From contig CBDBKE010000004.1 in assembly GCA_965206645.1 (NCBI GenBank), forward strand, positions 992,001 through 1,056,000: a DNA stretch of 64,000 nt, given 5' to 3'. This DNA is from Terriglobia bacterium. Lineage in GTDB: Bacteria > Acidobacteriota > Terriglobia > JAJPHL01 > JAPKYU01. Position 1 is the first letter of the stretch. The number at the start of each line of letters is the position of its first letter. The translations under genes were made by a program, and so were the position numbers. A model generated the notes under the pieces. It was given only the letters and a program-made list of their open reading frames with translations. It was not told where the DNA came from and made no database searches. Below, piece after piece: positions 40,699-50,108 of the stretch.

Positions 40699-43600
40699 CT
40701 ATTCCTGATCCGGCATCTCCGGGACCGGCACCACCGGAAGCGTCGTGAAGATGCGCGTGCCGGGGTCCATTTCCAGGGCCACGGCGGTAAACAGATCCCC
40801 CCCTGGAGCACTGCAGCGCACCGACCCTGCGAAGTCGGACGTATCGGCGCCGGGGAACGCCTGGTCGATGAGCCAGGCCGTCTGCCCGTTGGCCTCCAGA
40901 GGGATGCTCGCGCCGTCGAGCAGCACACCCTCTCGCATCAAATCGCAGTGCACCAACCCCGCACTCGATTCCAGGTTGTGGAGCGCGACCCCCGTCGTGA
41001 TTCCTCCCTCCTGGCGGCGCACCGGGAAGAGGACGTCGCTGACGGGCGGGCTGGCTCCCACCCCGGCCACCCCGATCTCTGGGACGCCATAGCGCACGCC
41101 GCCGCCGATGGGACCGTCCGAGAGGACCTTCACCGATCCCGACACCAGCTCGCCTTGCCCGTGGGTTGAAATCGTGAGTTCCCCCAGCGGCTCCATCTCC
41201 GTCCGGACGGTCAGGCCTCCGTCCTCGGTGACCTCCAGATCGACCGTCACGTCCACCACCGATGCGGGGTCAATGAGACGGCCCCCTCGATCGTAAAAGT
41301 AGATTGCGGGCCGGATCGGATGGGAGGACACATTCACGAGCACCATCTCGGAGGTGATGCCGGTCCCATTGGCGAAATGCGCGAAGTCCAGGGCAAACAC
41401 TTCCGGCGCTTCCGGCGTGGCCTCGGCTTGGTTGGAAGCCCGGCCCCTGCCGATCCGGTTCACCGCCCGCACCTCGAAGACGTAGGCCGTGCCGTTGACG
41501 AGACCGGTGACCGTATCGGTGGTGTCGGTGGAGCCGATGGATATCCAGCGTCCCTTCCCGTCGATGCGGTACTCGTAATCCCTGATCTCAGAGCCGCCGT
41601 CGTCTTCGGGCGGGTCCCAGGACAGCTTCACCTGCCCGTCTCCACCCTCCGCCAGCAGATTCCTGGGCGCGGACGGCACCGTTTGGCGTGGGCCACCGCC
41701 GCCACCTCCGCCGGTTGACGGAGATGGCGTGGCTTCGAGCGTCACCACAGCACCACTGCCCAGGGCGTTGACCGCCCGCACCCGGAACATGTAGGTCTGG
41801 CCGTTGTTCAGGCCGGTCACCGTGTGGCTGGTGGCCGTCCCGCCCGTGGAGATCCAGATCTCGGACCCGTCCAGCTCGTATTCGTAGTGCGTGACCTCCG
41901 CGCCGCCGGATGGCTGGACCCAACTGAGCATCACCTGCCGGTTGCCGGGCGTGGCGTCGAGGCTGTGCGGCACGTCTGGCGCCCCCAGCGCGCCGGTCTG
42001 CCCCGAACCGGGCAGCGACCAGGGGCTGTCGCCTTCGGCGTTGGTCGCCAGCACCTGCACCTGGTAGGAGGTGCTCTCGGTCAGGCCCGAGATCGTCGCG
42101 CTGGTGCCGCTCACGTTCTGGGGGCCGTTGGTCCAGCTCCCGCTGGTGCCTTCCCGGTACTGCAGGTCGTAGTTGTCGATGGCGGGACCGGTGTTCGACG
42201 GTGTCGTCCAGTTCACCGACAGGCTGGTGGTGTTGCCGTCGACCGACGACACCGAGGGGGCCGCAGGCCGGCCCGGCGGCTCCTCCACGTCGGTGACCGT
42301 GATGGTCACCGCGAGGGTGTCGCTGCCGCCGTTGTCGTCCTCGGCCTTCAGCGTCACCGAGTAGCTCGGTTTCGTCTCGTGGTCGTAGGTGACGCCGGAC
42401 TCCGTCGAGAGCTGCCGGGTCGCCGGGTCGAAGCCGAACGATGCCGCGTCTGCGTCCTCCAGGGTGTAGGTCAGCGGGTCGTTGTCCGCATCCGTCGCCG
42501 CCGGCAGCGCCGTGCCGATGTTCGTGTTCGCCGCCGTGTTCTCGGGCACCTCGCGCGTGGCCGTGGGCGAGGAGAATTCCGGCGGCTCGTTGGCGGTGAT
42601 CGCGTTGGTGACTGGCTGAAGGACGACGGCATTGTTGGTGTTGCCGGCGAGGTCTGCCACAGCCAGCTGCGTTAAGGTGATGGTCAAGGTGCTGGTGAGG
42701 CTCACCACTCCGCTGTGGTCGACGGTGACCCGGCTCCCGCTGATGGTCGCCGCTGTGACTGCGCTGGTCACGTCCGATCCCGATGTGGTGACGGTGACGA
42801 GGAACTTGCTTGAATCCGCGCTTGCCAGTGCCTCGCTGAACGTCAGGATCACCTTCGTGCCGTCGGTCGACGTCGTCGGCGCATCGCTGCCCGTGGTGAC
42901 GAGCGTCGGGCGGATGCCGTCGACCTTGTGCCCGGCGTCGATCATGACCGCGATGTGGGTGAGGTCGGCGGTGGTGGTCGTGCTGCCGGTGGCGTAGATC
43001 GTGCCGCCGGTGAGCTTGTTCGCCGCGATCGCGACGCCGTTCGGGGCCGAGTCTCCCACCACCACCGTGTAGCTGCACGCCATCGTGGTCGTGTTCGTGC
43101 CGGTCGCGCAGGCGGCCGCTTTCGCGGTGCCGTTAAAGTCCAGCTCCAGCTGCGGCGTGCCGGTGATGTCGACCGCCTCGCTGAAGGTCACCGTCGCCTC
43201 GACCGCGTCGCCGATGCCGTAGGTGTTGAGGAGTCCGGGGTCGGAGGTCAGCGCGACCGACGTGACGGCCGGGGGGACCGGGGGGACCGGGGTGGAGTCG
43301 TCCGTGATCCTCAGCGCAATAGAGTCGCTCACGGACCAGCTGGGGACGTTGCTGTACCAAGAATAGGAATAGGTGCCCGCGCCATACGTTGCCTCACTGA
43401 AAGGGAATTGCTGGGTGCCAACAAGCAGCAATAGATTTGCAGCATCATCCCCGATCCCAACACCGTCGAGACTAAAAACCAGCACAGCTCCCGCGACAAC
43501 GGTTACGTTGTCAATTGTGTAGTTGGTTCCTTCATAGGTGAACGTCGTATCGGAAAGAGTGCCAAAACTACCTATGAATCCAACAGCACTCCCAGTAGCA

Positions 43601-44862
43601 GTCGCCACCGTCAGGGTGGCCGACCAGATCTCGGTGCCGGAGCCGGGCGTGGTGAAGCGAACGATGTCGACTGTGTAGGTTTTCGTGGTCGTTGTGTCGG
43701 GCGCGGTCACCTTCACCTTGACGATGTTGGTGCCCACGCTGAGGTTGACCTGGAGGCCGGCGGTCATGGTGTCGGCGTCCGTCAGGGTGTTGTCCGACCC
43801 GTCGAGATACTCAACCGTCGCCGTCGACTCGCTTTTCGTCTCGGTGATCGTGACCTGGCTCACCGCATTCGCCACCACCACCCCGTAATCTGTCGTGGCC
43901 GCGTCGAACGCCGGGCTGAGCGTCGCGCCGCTCACCGACAGGGCGCTCAACGTCGCGTCGGTGGTGTCGACCGTGACCGCATAGCCATTGACGATGATGC
44001 GGAGCGCCTCGTTGGCCCCGGACTTAACCGTCCAGGTGCCGCTGTTGTTCCAGTAGAACGTGTCTTTGATGCTCCAGTCCGAGAGGCCGAGCGCCGCATC
44101 TTCTCCGCTGGAGGTGGTGGAGTTGAGCTCCACGCTCCCGGTGCCGCGCTGCTTGATCACCACCACATAGTTGGTGTTCGCCGAGAGGGCGAGGCCGGTG
44201 TGGTCGAAAAACAGGAGCCCGGCCGCGAAGCTGGCCGGCGCCGTCAGGGCCGTGCAGTCGGAGGCGGTGGTGGAGGGAAACTCGTTCGCGGTGCCATCCT
44301 CCTCGCAGATCTCGACGTCGAAGTCGTCGCCCTCGGCGTCCTCGGAGCTGACGTGCATGCTGGTGAGGATGTAGCCGGCCGTGTTGCCACCCGTGTGGAA
44401 CAGCTGCGCATGGTCGTTGCCACTGGTGCTGGCGCTGTCATCGGCCATTTGCGCTTGGTTGCTCACGAGGACGCGCGGCGTCTGCGCCTCCGCCGGGGCC
44501 GCCCCGAGGAGCGCCAGACCCAAGACGAGGACGGTGGCGGCGGCGCGGCCTGGACGGGCGGGCCGACGGGACCGGTCTCGATCCCGCGCCCCGGCGGGCG
44601 CGGCGGAACAGTCAGACGGGAGGCTGGACCCCCCTCCGCTCATCCAGCGCATGGACCGCCCCGACGGCCCTGATGAGGGCGCGCGGCGCGCGCGGCGTTC
44701 CAGCGCGCCCGGGAGGCATGCCCCGACCACGCGCACGCGCCGGCGCGGCCACGCCCATGCCCGACGACACCACGCCGGGACCGCACCAACTCCCAGCCAC
44801 CGCGCGAGCACCGCCGTCAGCCAGCGACCGCCTCTCCTGCGACCGTTCCTGGGAAAACGCAC
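40699..44862 (-). CDS. Large surface protein/adhesin with cadherin-like beta-sandwich, cadherin and three FN3 domains
   Basis: GTG start with GAGGAGG RBS; LALLGAAPAEAQ signal-like stretch; DATLSALSV, ANEPPEF, DADND, W..P/Y..L..Y..V.A.N FN3 motifs. Confidence 0.9.
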   Translation of the reverse strand: MRFPRNGRRRGGRWLTAVLARWLGVGAVPAWCRRAWAWPRRRVRVVGACLPGALERRARRAPSSGPSGRSMRWMSGGGSSLPSDCSAAPAGARDRDRSRRPARPGRAAATVLVLGLALLGAAPAEAQTPRVLVSNQAQMADDSASTSGNDHAQLFHTGGNTAGYILTSMHVSSEDAEGDDFDVEICEEDGTANEFPSTTASDCTALTAPASFAAGLLFFDHTGLALSANTNYVVVIKQRGTGSVELNSTTSSGEDAALGLSDWSIKDTFYWNNSGTWTVKSGANEALRIIVNGYAVTVDTTDATLSALSVSGATLSPAFDAATTDYGVVVANAVSQVTITETKSESTATVEYLDGSDNTLTDADTMTAGLQVNLSVGTNIVKVKVTAPDTTTTKTYTVDIVRFTTPGSGTEIWSATLTVATATGSAVGFIGSFGTLSDTTFTYEGTNYTIDNVTVVAGAVLVFSLDGVGIGDDAANLLLLVGTQQFPFSEATYGAGTYSYSWYSNVPSWSVSDSIALRITDDSTPVPPVPPAVTSVALTSDPGLLNTYGIGDAVEATVTFSEAVDITGTPQLELDFNGTAKAAACATGTNTTTMACSYTVVVGDSAPNGVAIAANKLTGGTIYATGSTTTTADLTHIAVMIDAGHKVDGIRPTLVTTGSDAPTTSTDGTKVILTFSEALASADSSKFLVTVTTSGSDVTSAVTAATISGSRVTVDHSGVVSLTSTLTITLTQLAVADLAGNTNNAVVLQPVTNAITANEPPEFSSPTATREVPENTAANTNIGTALPAATDADNDPLTYTLEDADAASFGFDPATRQLSTESGVTYDHETKPSYSVTLKAEDDNGGSDTLAVTITVTDVEEPPGRPAAPSVSSVDGNTTSLSVNWTTPSNTGPAIDNYDLQYREGTSGSWTNGPQNVSGTSATISGLTESTSYQVQVLATNAEGDSPWSLPGSGQTGALGAPDVPHSLDATPGNRQVMLSWVQPSGGAEVTHYEYELDGSEIWISTGGTATSHTVTGLNNGQTYMFRVRAVNALGSGAVVTLEATPSPSTGGGGGGGPRQTVPSAPRNLLAEGGDGQVKLSWDPPEDDGGSEIRDYEYRIDGKGRWISIGSTDTTDTVTGLVNGTAYVFEVRAVNRIGRGRASNQAEATPEAPEVFALDFAHFANGTGITSEMVLVNVSSHPIRPAIYFYDRGGRLIDPASVVDVTVDLEVTEDGGLTVRTEMEPLGELTISTHGQGELVSGSVKVLSDGPIGGGVRYGVPEIGVAGVGASPPVSDVLFPVRRQEGGITTGVALHNLESSAGLVHCDLMREGVLLDGASIPLEANGQTAWLIDQAFPGADTSDFAGSVRCSAPGGDLFTAVALEMDPGTRIFTTLPVVPVPEMPDQE

Positions 44863-44875
44863 CGTCACCTCCTCG

Positions 44876-44911
44876 TTTTGCTCGCGATAACTGGAATTAT
44901 CGCGAGTAAAA
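44876..44911 (+). promoter_or_regulatory. loxP-like recombination site L
   Basis: TTTTGCTCGCGATAA-CTGGAA-TTATCGCGAGTAAAA; arms 14/15 complementary. Confidence 0.85.
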
Positions 44912-44948
44912 ATGAGCGGTCTTTTTCGACGGAACGGGAGGCCGCCCG

Positions 44949-45932
44949 ATGCTGATTGCCGAGACGCCATGCGATGTCGAGCGTGTGACCGGCGTGGCAC
45001 ACGCCGCGGAGGTGGGGGACTCCCTGGCCGCTTACTTCGACGCGGCCCGGGGGGCGTTCAGCCACAACACCGAACGCGCGCTGAGAGCCGACGTGGAGAT
45101 ATTCGCAGCCTGGTGCCGACAACATCTCCGGGCGGCGTTGCCCGCCAGCGTCCCTACCGTGGTCGCGTTCATCGACGACATGGCGCGCGTCAAGACTCCG
45201 GCGACGGTGCGCCGCTACGTGTCCAGCATCGCCACCGTGCACAAGGCGCTACGGCAAACGAGTCCCCTGGAGAGCGCCCCCGCGCGGTTCGCCCTGCAAC
45301 GGATGCACCGGCGCCGGGGGCGTCGGCAGGCGCAAGTCCAGGGGCTGACCTGGCCGATGCGAAACCGACTGCTGGAGGCGGCCGGAGACCGGTTGATCGA
45401 CGCCCGGAACCGCGCGCTCCTGGCGATGGGCTACGACACGCTGCTGCGGCGCTCCGAGCTGGTTTCGCTGGACGTGTCTGATGTACTGGAGGAAATCGAC
45501 GGAACGGCGACGCTGCTCGTGCGCTCAGGCAAGACCGACGCGGAGGGGCGAGGCGCGACGCTCTACCTGGCGCGCGACACCGTGCAGCTCGTCAAGACGT
45601 GGCTCGAACGGGGCGGCGTCGACGGAGGGCGGGTGTTCCGCTCCGTGCGCAAGGATCGCACGGTCGGCGAGCAGCTCGACGCGAGCCAGGTGCCGCGCAT
45701 CTACAAGCGGATGGCGCGACACGCCGGGCTTCCCGACGACATCGTCGACGCGCTGGCCGGGCACAGCACGCGCGTCGGGCCGGTGCAGGACATGATCGCC
45801 TGTGGCATCGAGTTGCCGGCCATCCTGCAGTCGGGTCGGTGGAAGACGACGCGCATGGTCCACCGCTACGGGGAACGGTTGCTGGCGCGGCGCAGCGGCG
45901 CCGCCCAGCTGGCCGAGCGGCAGCAGCGCTGA
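44949..45932 (+). CDS. Cre-like tyrosine recombinase
   Basis: SHNTERA SAM-like N-domain, LLRRSEL (R), GKTD (K), GHSTRVG (HxxR), GRW (Cre-type W), MVHRY (Y). Confidence 0.93.
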   Translation: MLIAETPCDVERVTGVAHAAEVGDSLAAYFDAARGAFSHNTERALRADVEIFAAWCRQHLRAALPASVPTVVAFIDDMARVKTPATVRRYVSSIATVHKALRQTSPLESAPARFALQRMHRRRGRRQAQVQGLTWPMRNRLLEAAGDRLIDARNRALLAMGYDTLLRRSELVSLDVSDVLEEIDGTATLLVRSGKTDAEGRGATLYLARDTVQLVKTWLERGGVDGGRVFRSVRKDRTVGEQLDASQVPRIYKRMARHAGLPDDIVDALAGHSTRVGPVQDMIACGIELPAILQSGRWKTTRMVHRYGERLLARRSGAAQLAERQQR

Positions 45933-46035
45933 ACAGGCCCCACTCTGGAGGCGACGGGTCGTGACGCTGGCGCGCACGTCAGGGGTAGAGGTTCGCCCGC
46001 GCCGTCCCCAGCGGCGCCCTCACATCTCTGGGACG

Positions 46036-46050
46036 TTATCGCGAGCAAAA
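46036..46050 (+). promoter_or_regulatory. Solo recombinase half-site
   Basis: TTATCGCGAGCAAAA equals one arm of site L. Confidence 0.7.
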
Positions 46051-46233
46051 ACTCGACATTGTTGCTACATGTCCCGCGATGGGCGCGGCGCACTCCGCCG
46101 GTTGTTCCGTCGGCAGACGCAACCCTGTTCCGACAGAACCGCCGTGATTTCAGCGGTTTATTACTGAAAGTGATGGCGAATGCGGGTCACGGTGTGATAT
46201 GCTCGCGCCGTACCGACCTGGCGCGGAACCGAT

Positions 46234-46269
46234 TTTTGTGCGCGATAATTCCAGTTATCGCGAGTAAAA
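46234..46269 (-). promoter_or_regulatory. loxP-like recombination site R (inverted relative to L)
   Basis: TTTTGTGCGCGATAA-TTCCAG-TTATCGCGAGTAAAA; spacer is the reverse complement of the L spacer. Confidence 0.85.
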
Positions 46270-46716
46270 TGCCTTGATGTGATCGCGTTTCCCGACGCTT
46301 CAGGTCACAGCATGTCAGCGCCAACCGGTGCTCCCTATTTCCCCGTCGTGGCGGCCTCCCGTCGTTGATCACGATGGTGGCCTCGCCGCCATCGGTGAGG
46401 CGCCCGTCGCCGCCGGTGACTCGCCCCACCCGTCGACCATCGAGATCCCTCGTGACGTCGCGCCCGTGGCGCGCATCGCGCGACCGGCCTCTGCGCTGAC
46501 CCAGCAGGCACGCCGTCGCAGCGCCCTCCGCGGGTGGGCGGCAGATGCCATCCCTGCCGTTCATCACGTGGAGGCCATGCTACCGACGCGCCGGGAGGAT
46601 GGGTATACGAGAACATCGCGGGTGGTTATGAGGGGGAACACCCCATGGTGTTGGCCGTTCCGTTCGCCGGTCCTGTGCCCGGTCTCGGGAGCCCGCCGCG
46701 GCGCCGGCGCCCCCGC

Positions 46717-47676
46717 TCAGCGGATCGACAGCAGGTGCGCGCGCAGGGTCACGCGCCGCTCCACGCCGAGCTTGGCGCGGATGTTGTGGCGGTGAAAGTC
46801 GATCGTGCTCGGCGCCCGCGACAGCGTGGCGGCGATGTCCTTCGTGGTCAGGCCGCGCATCACCAGATGCGCGACGTCGGCTTCGGTCGCGGTCAAGGCC
46901 TGGAACACGCGCGCCATCCTCGATGACAGCGACGAGGTGAGGGTCGTGAGGTTGGTCTCGATCAGGCTCACGTACTCCACGGCCGCGCTGTCGCGCTCCA
47001 CGAGCCGCGCGAGCTTCGCCACATGCGGCATCACCAGCGTATGGATCTGTTGCAGCAGCTGCTCGTTGCGCGCCTCGTGGGACTTCTCGACATTGCCGAG
47101 CAGCACGCGCAGCGCCGTGTTGGCGTCCTGCAGTTCGCTGGTGCGTTCGACCACCTGCCGTGCGGTCTGGTCGAGCGAGTGCTGCAGGGCGGTTTCGAGC
47201 CGGCGGCGTTCGGCGATCTCGACCAGCGACCGCAGGTTCGCCTCGACCACGCCGGCGAACGCCTGCAGCCCCTCGCGGAACAGCAGCGCGTGGTCGTTGC
47301 GCTCGCGGTCGAGCACGCAGATCGTGCCGAACACCTCGCCGCTGGGCCATTTCAGGGGATAGCCGATGTAGAAGCGCATCCCGTCGGCCAGATCCTCGTT
47401 GGCCGCCCAGACCGGGTCGCGGGTCGCGTCCTCGACCACCAGCTCGCCGTCGTTGTCGAACACGCCCTGGCAATAGAGCAATGCGTTCAGATCGTACTCG
47501 CGCCCGACATCGTAGGGGTTGCCCTCGGTGCGGCTACTCACCAGGACCGTGTGCTTCGGACGCTCGGTGCGCATGATCAGGCTCGCCGGCACCCGGGCGA
47601 GCCGTGCCGTCAGGTCGACCACGCGCTGCCACTCGGCCAGCGTCTCGGACGGGATCGCGGGCAGCACGGTCGTCAC
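46717..47676 (-). CDS. GAF + LuxR-HTH transcriptional regulator (start uncertain)
   Basis: FYIGYPL...GTICVLD GAF; LTATE...GLTTKDIA...TIDFHRHNIRAKLG. Confidence 0.88.
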   Translation of the reverse strand: MTTVLPAIPSETLAEWQRVVDLTARLARVPASLIMRTERPKHTVLVSSRTEGNPYDVGREYDLNALLYCQGVFDNDGELVVEDATRDPVWAANEDLADGMRFYIGYPLKWPSGEVFGTICVLDRERNDHALLFREGLQAFAGVVEANLRSLVEIAERRRLETALQHSLDQTARQVVERTSELQDANTALRVLLGNVEKSHEARNEQLLQQIHTLVMPHVAKLARLVERDSAAVEYVSLIETNLTTLTSSLSSRMARVFQALTATEADVAHLVMRGLTTKDIAATLSRAPSTIDFHRHNIRAKLGVERRVTLRAHLLSIR

Positions 47677-47904
47677 GGCCGCAGTTCCGATGACCACCGC
47701 CGCCGGGCCGGACCCGATCGGGGACGGGGACTCCTCGCTAACGGCATACGCACTCGTGCCTCGGCCTGGACAACGGGGGATGCCATGCCGTCGCACGATC
47801 GAGGGGCATCCGGGAAGAATACCTGAATCGATATGGGGCACTGCCCCATATTGTTCGGGACGTGGCGGCGGCCTTTCGCGGGGGCCGGGCACCGCTCGGC
47901 CGGG

Positions 47905-48187
47905 GCCCACGGGTCGGGCAGTTGCTGCAGGCGCGGCACACGTTCGTCGATGGGATGGTAGACCTCGAGGTACTCTCGTTCCAGGTTTCGCGGCGCTGTC
48001 CCCGGTAGTAGAGCCCGGCGAAGAGCACCCGGAGGTCGTCCTTCGGGCCTTCGCCGACCAGGAGTGCATTGCTCGTCAGGCCGCAGGCCTCGTCAATCAG
48101 GGCCGTGGTGGTCGGCCAGTGAACATCGTCGAGCATGGCTTCGTGCAACGATGTCAGGATGCGCTTGAATGCGTCGTGGCCACTCAT
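47905..48187 (-). pseudogene. Truncated, frameshifted N-terminus of a LuxR-type regulator
   Basis: LHEAMLDDVHW...LIDEACG then frame change to EYLEVYHPIDERVPRL. Confidence 0.55.
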
Positions 48188-48352
48188 GGCGATGTCTTCC
48201 TTCAGTCATAAGAATGTCAACTGACCGCCGCGGAGCCGAGCCGACATCGATCTGGAGTCCAGAGAGTGGAGCGTTGCGGTGGAATGGATGGAGCACACGC
48301 GGGAGTACCGGGTGCCGGGACTGATCAACTCCAAGCCAGAGGAGAAGGCCGA

Positions 48353-49060
48353 ATGATCAATCAGCCGGAGGAACGCCCGCTATCTATCGGGTCTGCCGTA
48401 CAGTTCACTCACAAGGGGAAAACAATCCACGGACATCTCTTCCAAAGGCAGGGCCGACGCCGCTTCGCGAAGGTCGTCGACACCGCAGAGCGGACCTGGA
48501 ACGTCCCCGAGTCAATGTTAAAGCCCTCGGGAGGAGCGCGACGAGCCACGATCATCACGCGGCACGACAACGCACGCGCTGACTACCGCGTGGGGGACAA
48601 GGTGACGTTCACAAGTCCCGACGGACCAAGGCGTGGCGAGATCGTGAAGTTCAACCCGAAGAGCGCCAAGGTACGCTGCGAAGAGACAGGCTGGAACGTC
48701 TCCTATGGCTTACTCCACAGGGCGGGAAAGGAAAGCGCGAGGAACGGTGCGGAGAGGCTGAACGGCGTCGCGGGAATGGCGAGGCGGTTGATGGACGAGC
48801 AGGGGCTCACGGGCTGGACGCTCGCGTTCGGCGAGGCCAGGAAACGCCTTGGCGCCTGTCATTTCCGACACCACGTGATCTGGATCAGCCGCACCCATGC
48901 CCTGGAGGGAAGCGAGGAGCAGATCCGGGACACCGTGCTACACGAGATCGCACACGCGATCGCGGGACACGAGGCTGGCCATGGACCGCTGTGGAAGGCA
49001 ACAGCACGGCGAATCGGGGCAACACCGAGGGCGAAGACCTATGAGAGCCAAACGAGCTAA
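48353..49060 (+). CDS. SprT-like metalloprotease with N-terminal SH3-like repeats
   Basis: RLGAC, LHEIAHA, HGPLWK motifs. Confidence 0.88.
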   Translation: MINQPEERPLSIGSAVQFTHKGKTIHGHLFQRQGRRRFAKVVDTAERTWNVPESMLKPSGGARRATIITRHDNARADYRVGDKVTFTSPDGPRRGEIVKFNPKSAKVRCEETGWNVSYGLLHRAGKESARNGAERLNGVAGMARRLMDEQGLTGWTLAFGEARKRLGACHFRHHVIWISRTHALEGSEEQIRDTVLHEIAHAIAGHEAGHGPLWKATARRIGATPRAKTYESQTS

Positions 49061-49414
49061 GGCGAGATGATGTCTCTCCCGGCGATGACGAACCAATCAG
49101 CGTCGCATAGAGGCATCGCCAATCAAATCGATACTACAACACGGTTTTGCAACGCCCAAGTCATCAAAACATGTCGGGAGCCGGACCGTTTCGTAACCGG
49201 CTGTTTCGGACATACAGGCGAGGGCGCCGTTCGGCCAGCCCCGCCGTGTGTCGTATCTCGTGTCTGATTCTATGTCTTGCAGACGTCGAGCGCGTGTGCC
49301 CGTGCCGTGCGCCGAACGCGCCCGGCGGTGTGCACGGACGGATGGCCTCGGTGATCGCTTCACGGTTCAGCCGTTCACGCCCACCGCCCCCCGCAAGAAG
49401 CCAATCTCACTCGG

Positions 49415-49699
49415 TTAGGGACACTCCGGCAGAGCGAGGAGATTATTGTTCCAGTCTCCATCTGCGTAGGTTCGCAGGTACTTCCGGCGACCATTGCCGG
49501 GATCCACGACACCGACGTTGGACCGGTGTCCAGCCGCATCGATGACGAAGAAGGTGTCCGTCCTGTTTTCGATGCTGGCAACTACATCCTCGGCGGGCCA
49601 CTTCCAACCGCCTCCGCCGGGTCCGCCAACATGGGTAATCCGGTCGTGGGTACTATTCCGGTCTGGCTTCGTTACGCAGGTGATCTGAACGTCTGCCAT
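49415..49699 (-). CDS. DUF3892 family protein
   Basis: ITHVGG...KYLRTYADGDWNNNLLALPEC. Confidence 0.88.
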   Translation of the reverse strand: MADVQITCVTKPDRNSTHDRITHVGGPGGGGWKWPAEDVVASIENRTDTFFVIDAAGHRSNVGVVDPGNGRRKYLRTYADGDWNNNLLALPECP

Positions 49700-49759
49700 G
49701 TCGTTCTCCAAGAAGGTAGTCCGAATTCGGGTTTCCGTATCAGGCGGGGCGCTGTGACT

Positions 49760-49972
49760 TCAACTGCAGCTAGCGCAGTACCGCCGTGCTCTGCCCGCGA
49801 TCCTGAAGGCTTCCGTGCATGTCTCCAGCACGACGCGCCCTGGCGCTCGTTTCCCCAAATATCGTCCGAGCTGGTCAGTGCGGCAGCGCTTTTCCTCGAC
49901 AATCACGCCGGCGCCGTTGCGAACACACACCTGGCTTACCTTGCTACCGAGATCGATGCCGATATTCTCCAT
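49760..49972 (-). pseudogene. IS110 transposase N-terminal remnant
   Basis: IGIDLG...VVLETC RuvC-like start, stops after 70 aa. Confidence 0.75.
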
Positions 49973-50108
49973 GGCGGTCTCCTTCGGTCCCCAGTATCGA
50001 GGACCTCACCGGAGGCCGGCCACTTCATCCTTTCTGATCAAGCCCACTGGAGGCTGGGTCAACGCGCACTTTGCCGGCAAGGTGGCGTAGCTGGGCAGAA
50101 CACCGGCG

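Noticed and set aside
44863-45000. ORF-caller start of the adhesin at 45000
   Set aside because: Overlaps the recombinase gene and lox-like site; the strong RBS supports GTG 44862
44876-46269. lox-like sites as dif/Xer sites or an excision module
   Set aside because: Arms are symmetric and unlike the XerC/XerD consensus; inverted spacers predict inversion, not deletion
46328-46795. ORF to the right of site R as an alternative switch target
   Set aside because: No RBS or motifs, low-complexity composition, overlaps the luxR 3' end
49260-49972. Functional IS110 bridge-RNA element
   Set aside because: Transposase truncated at 70 aa and element ends cannot be defined
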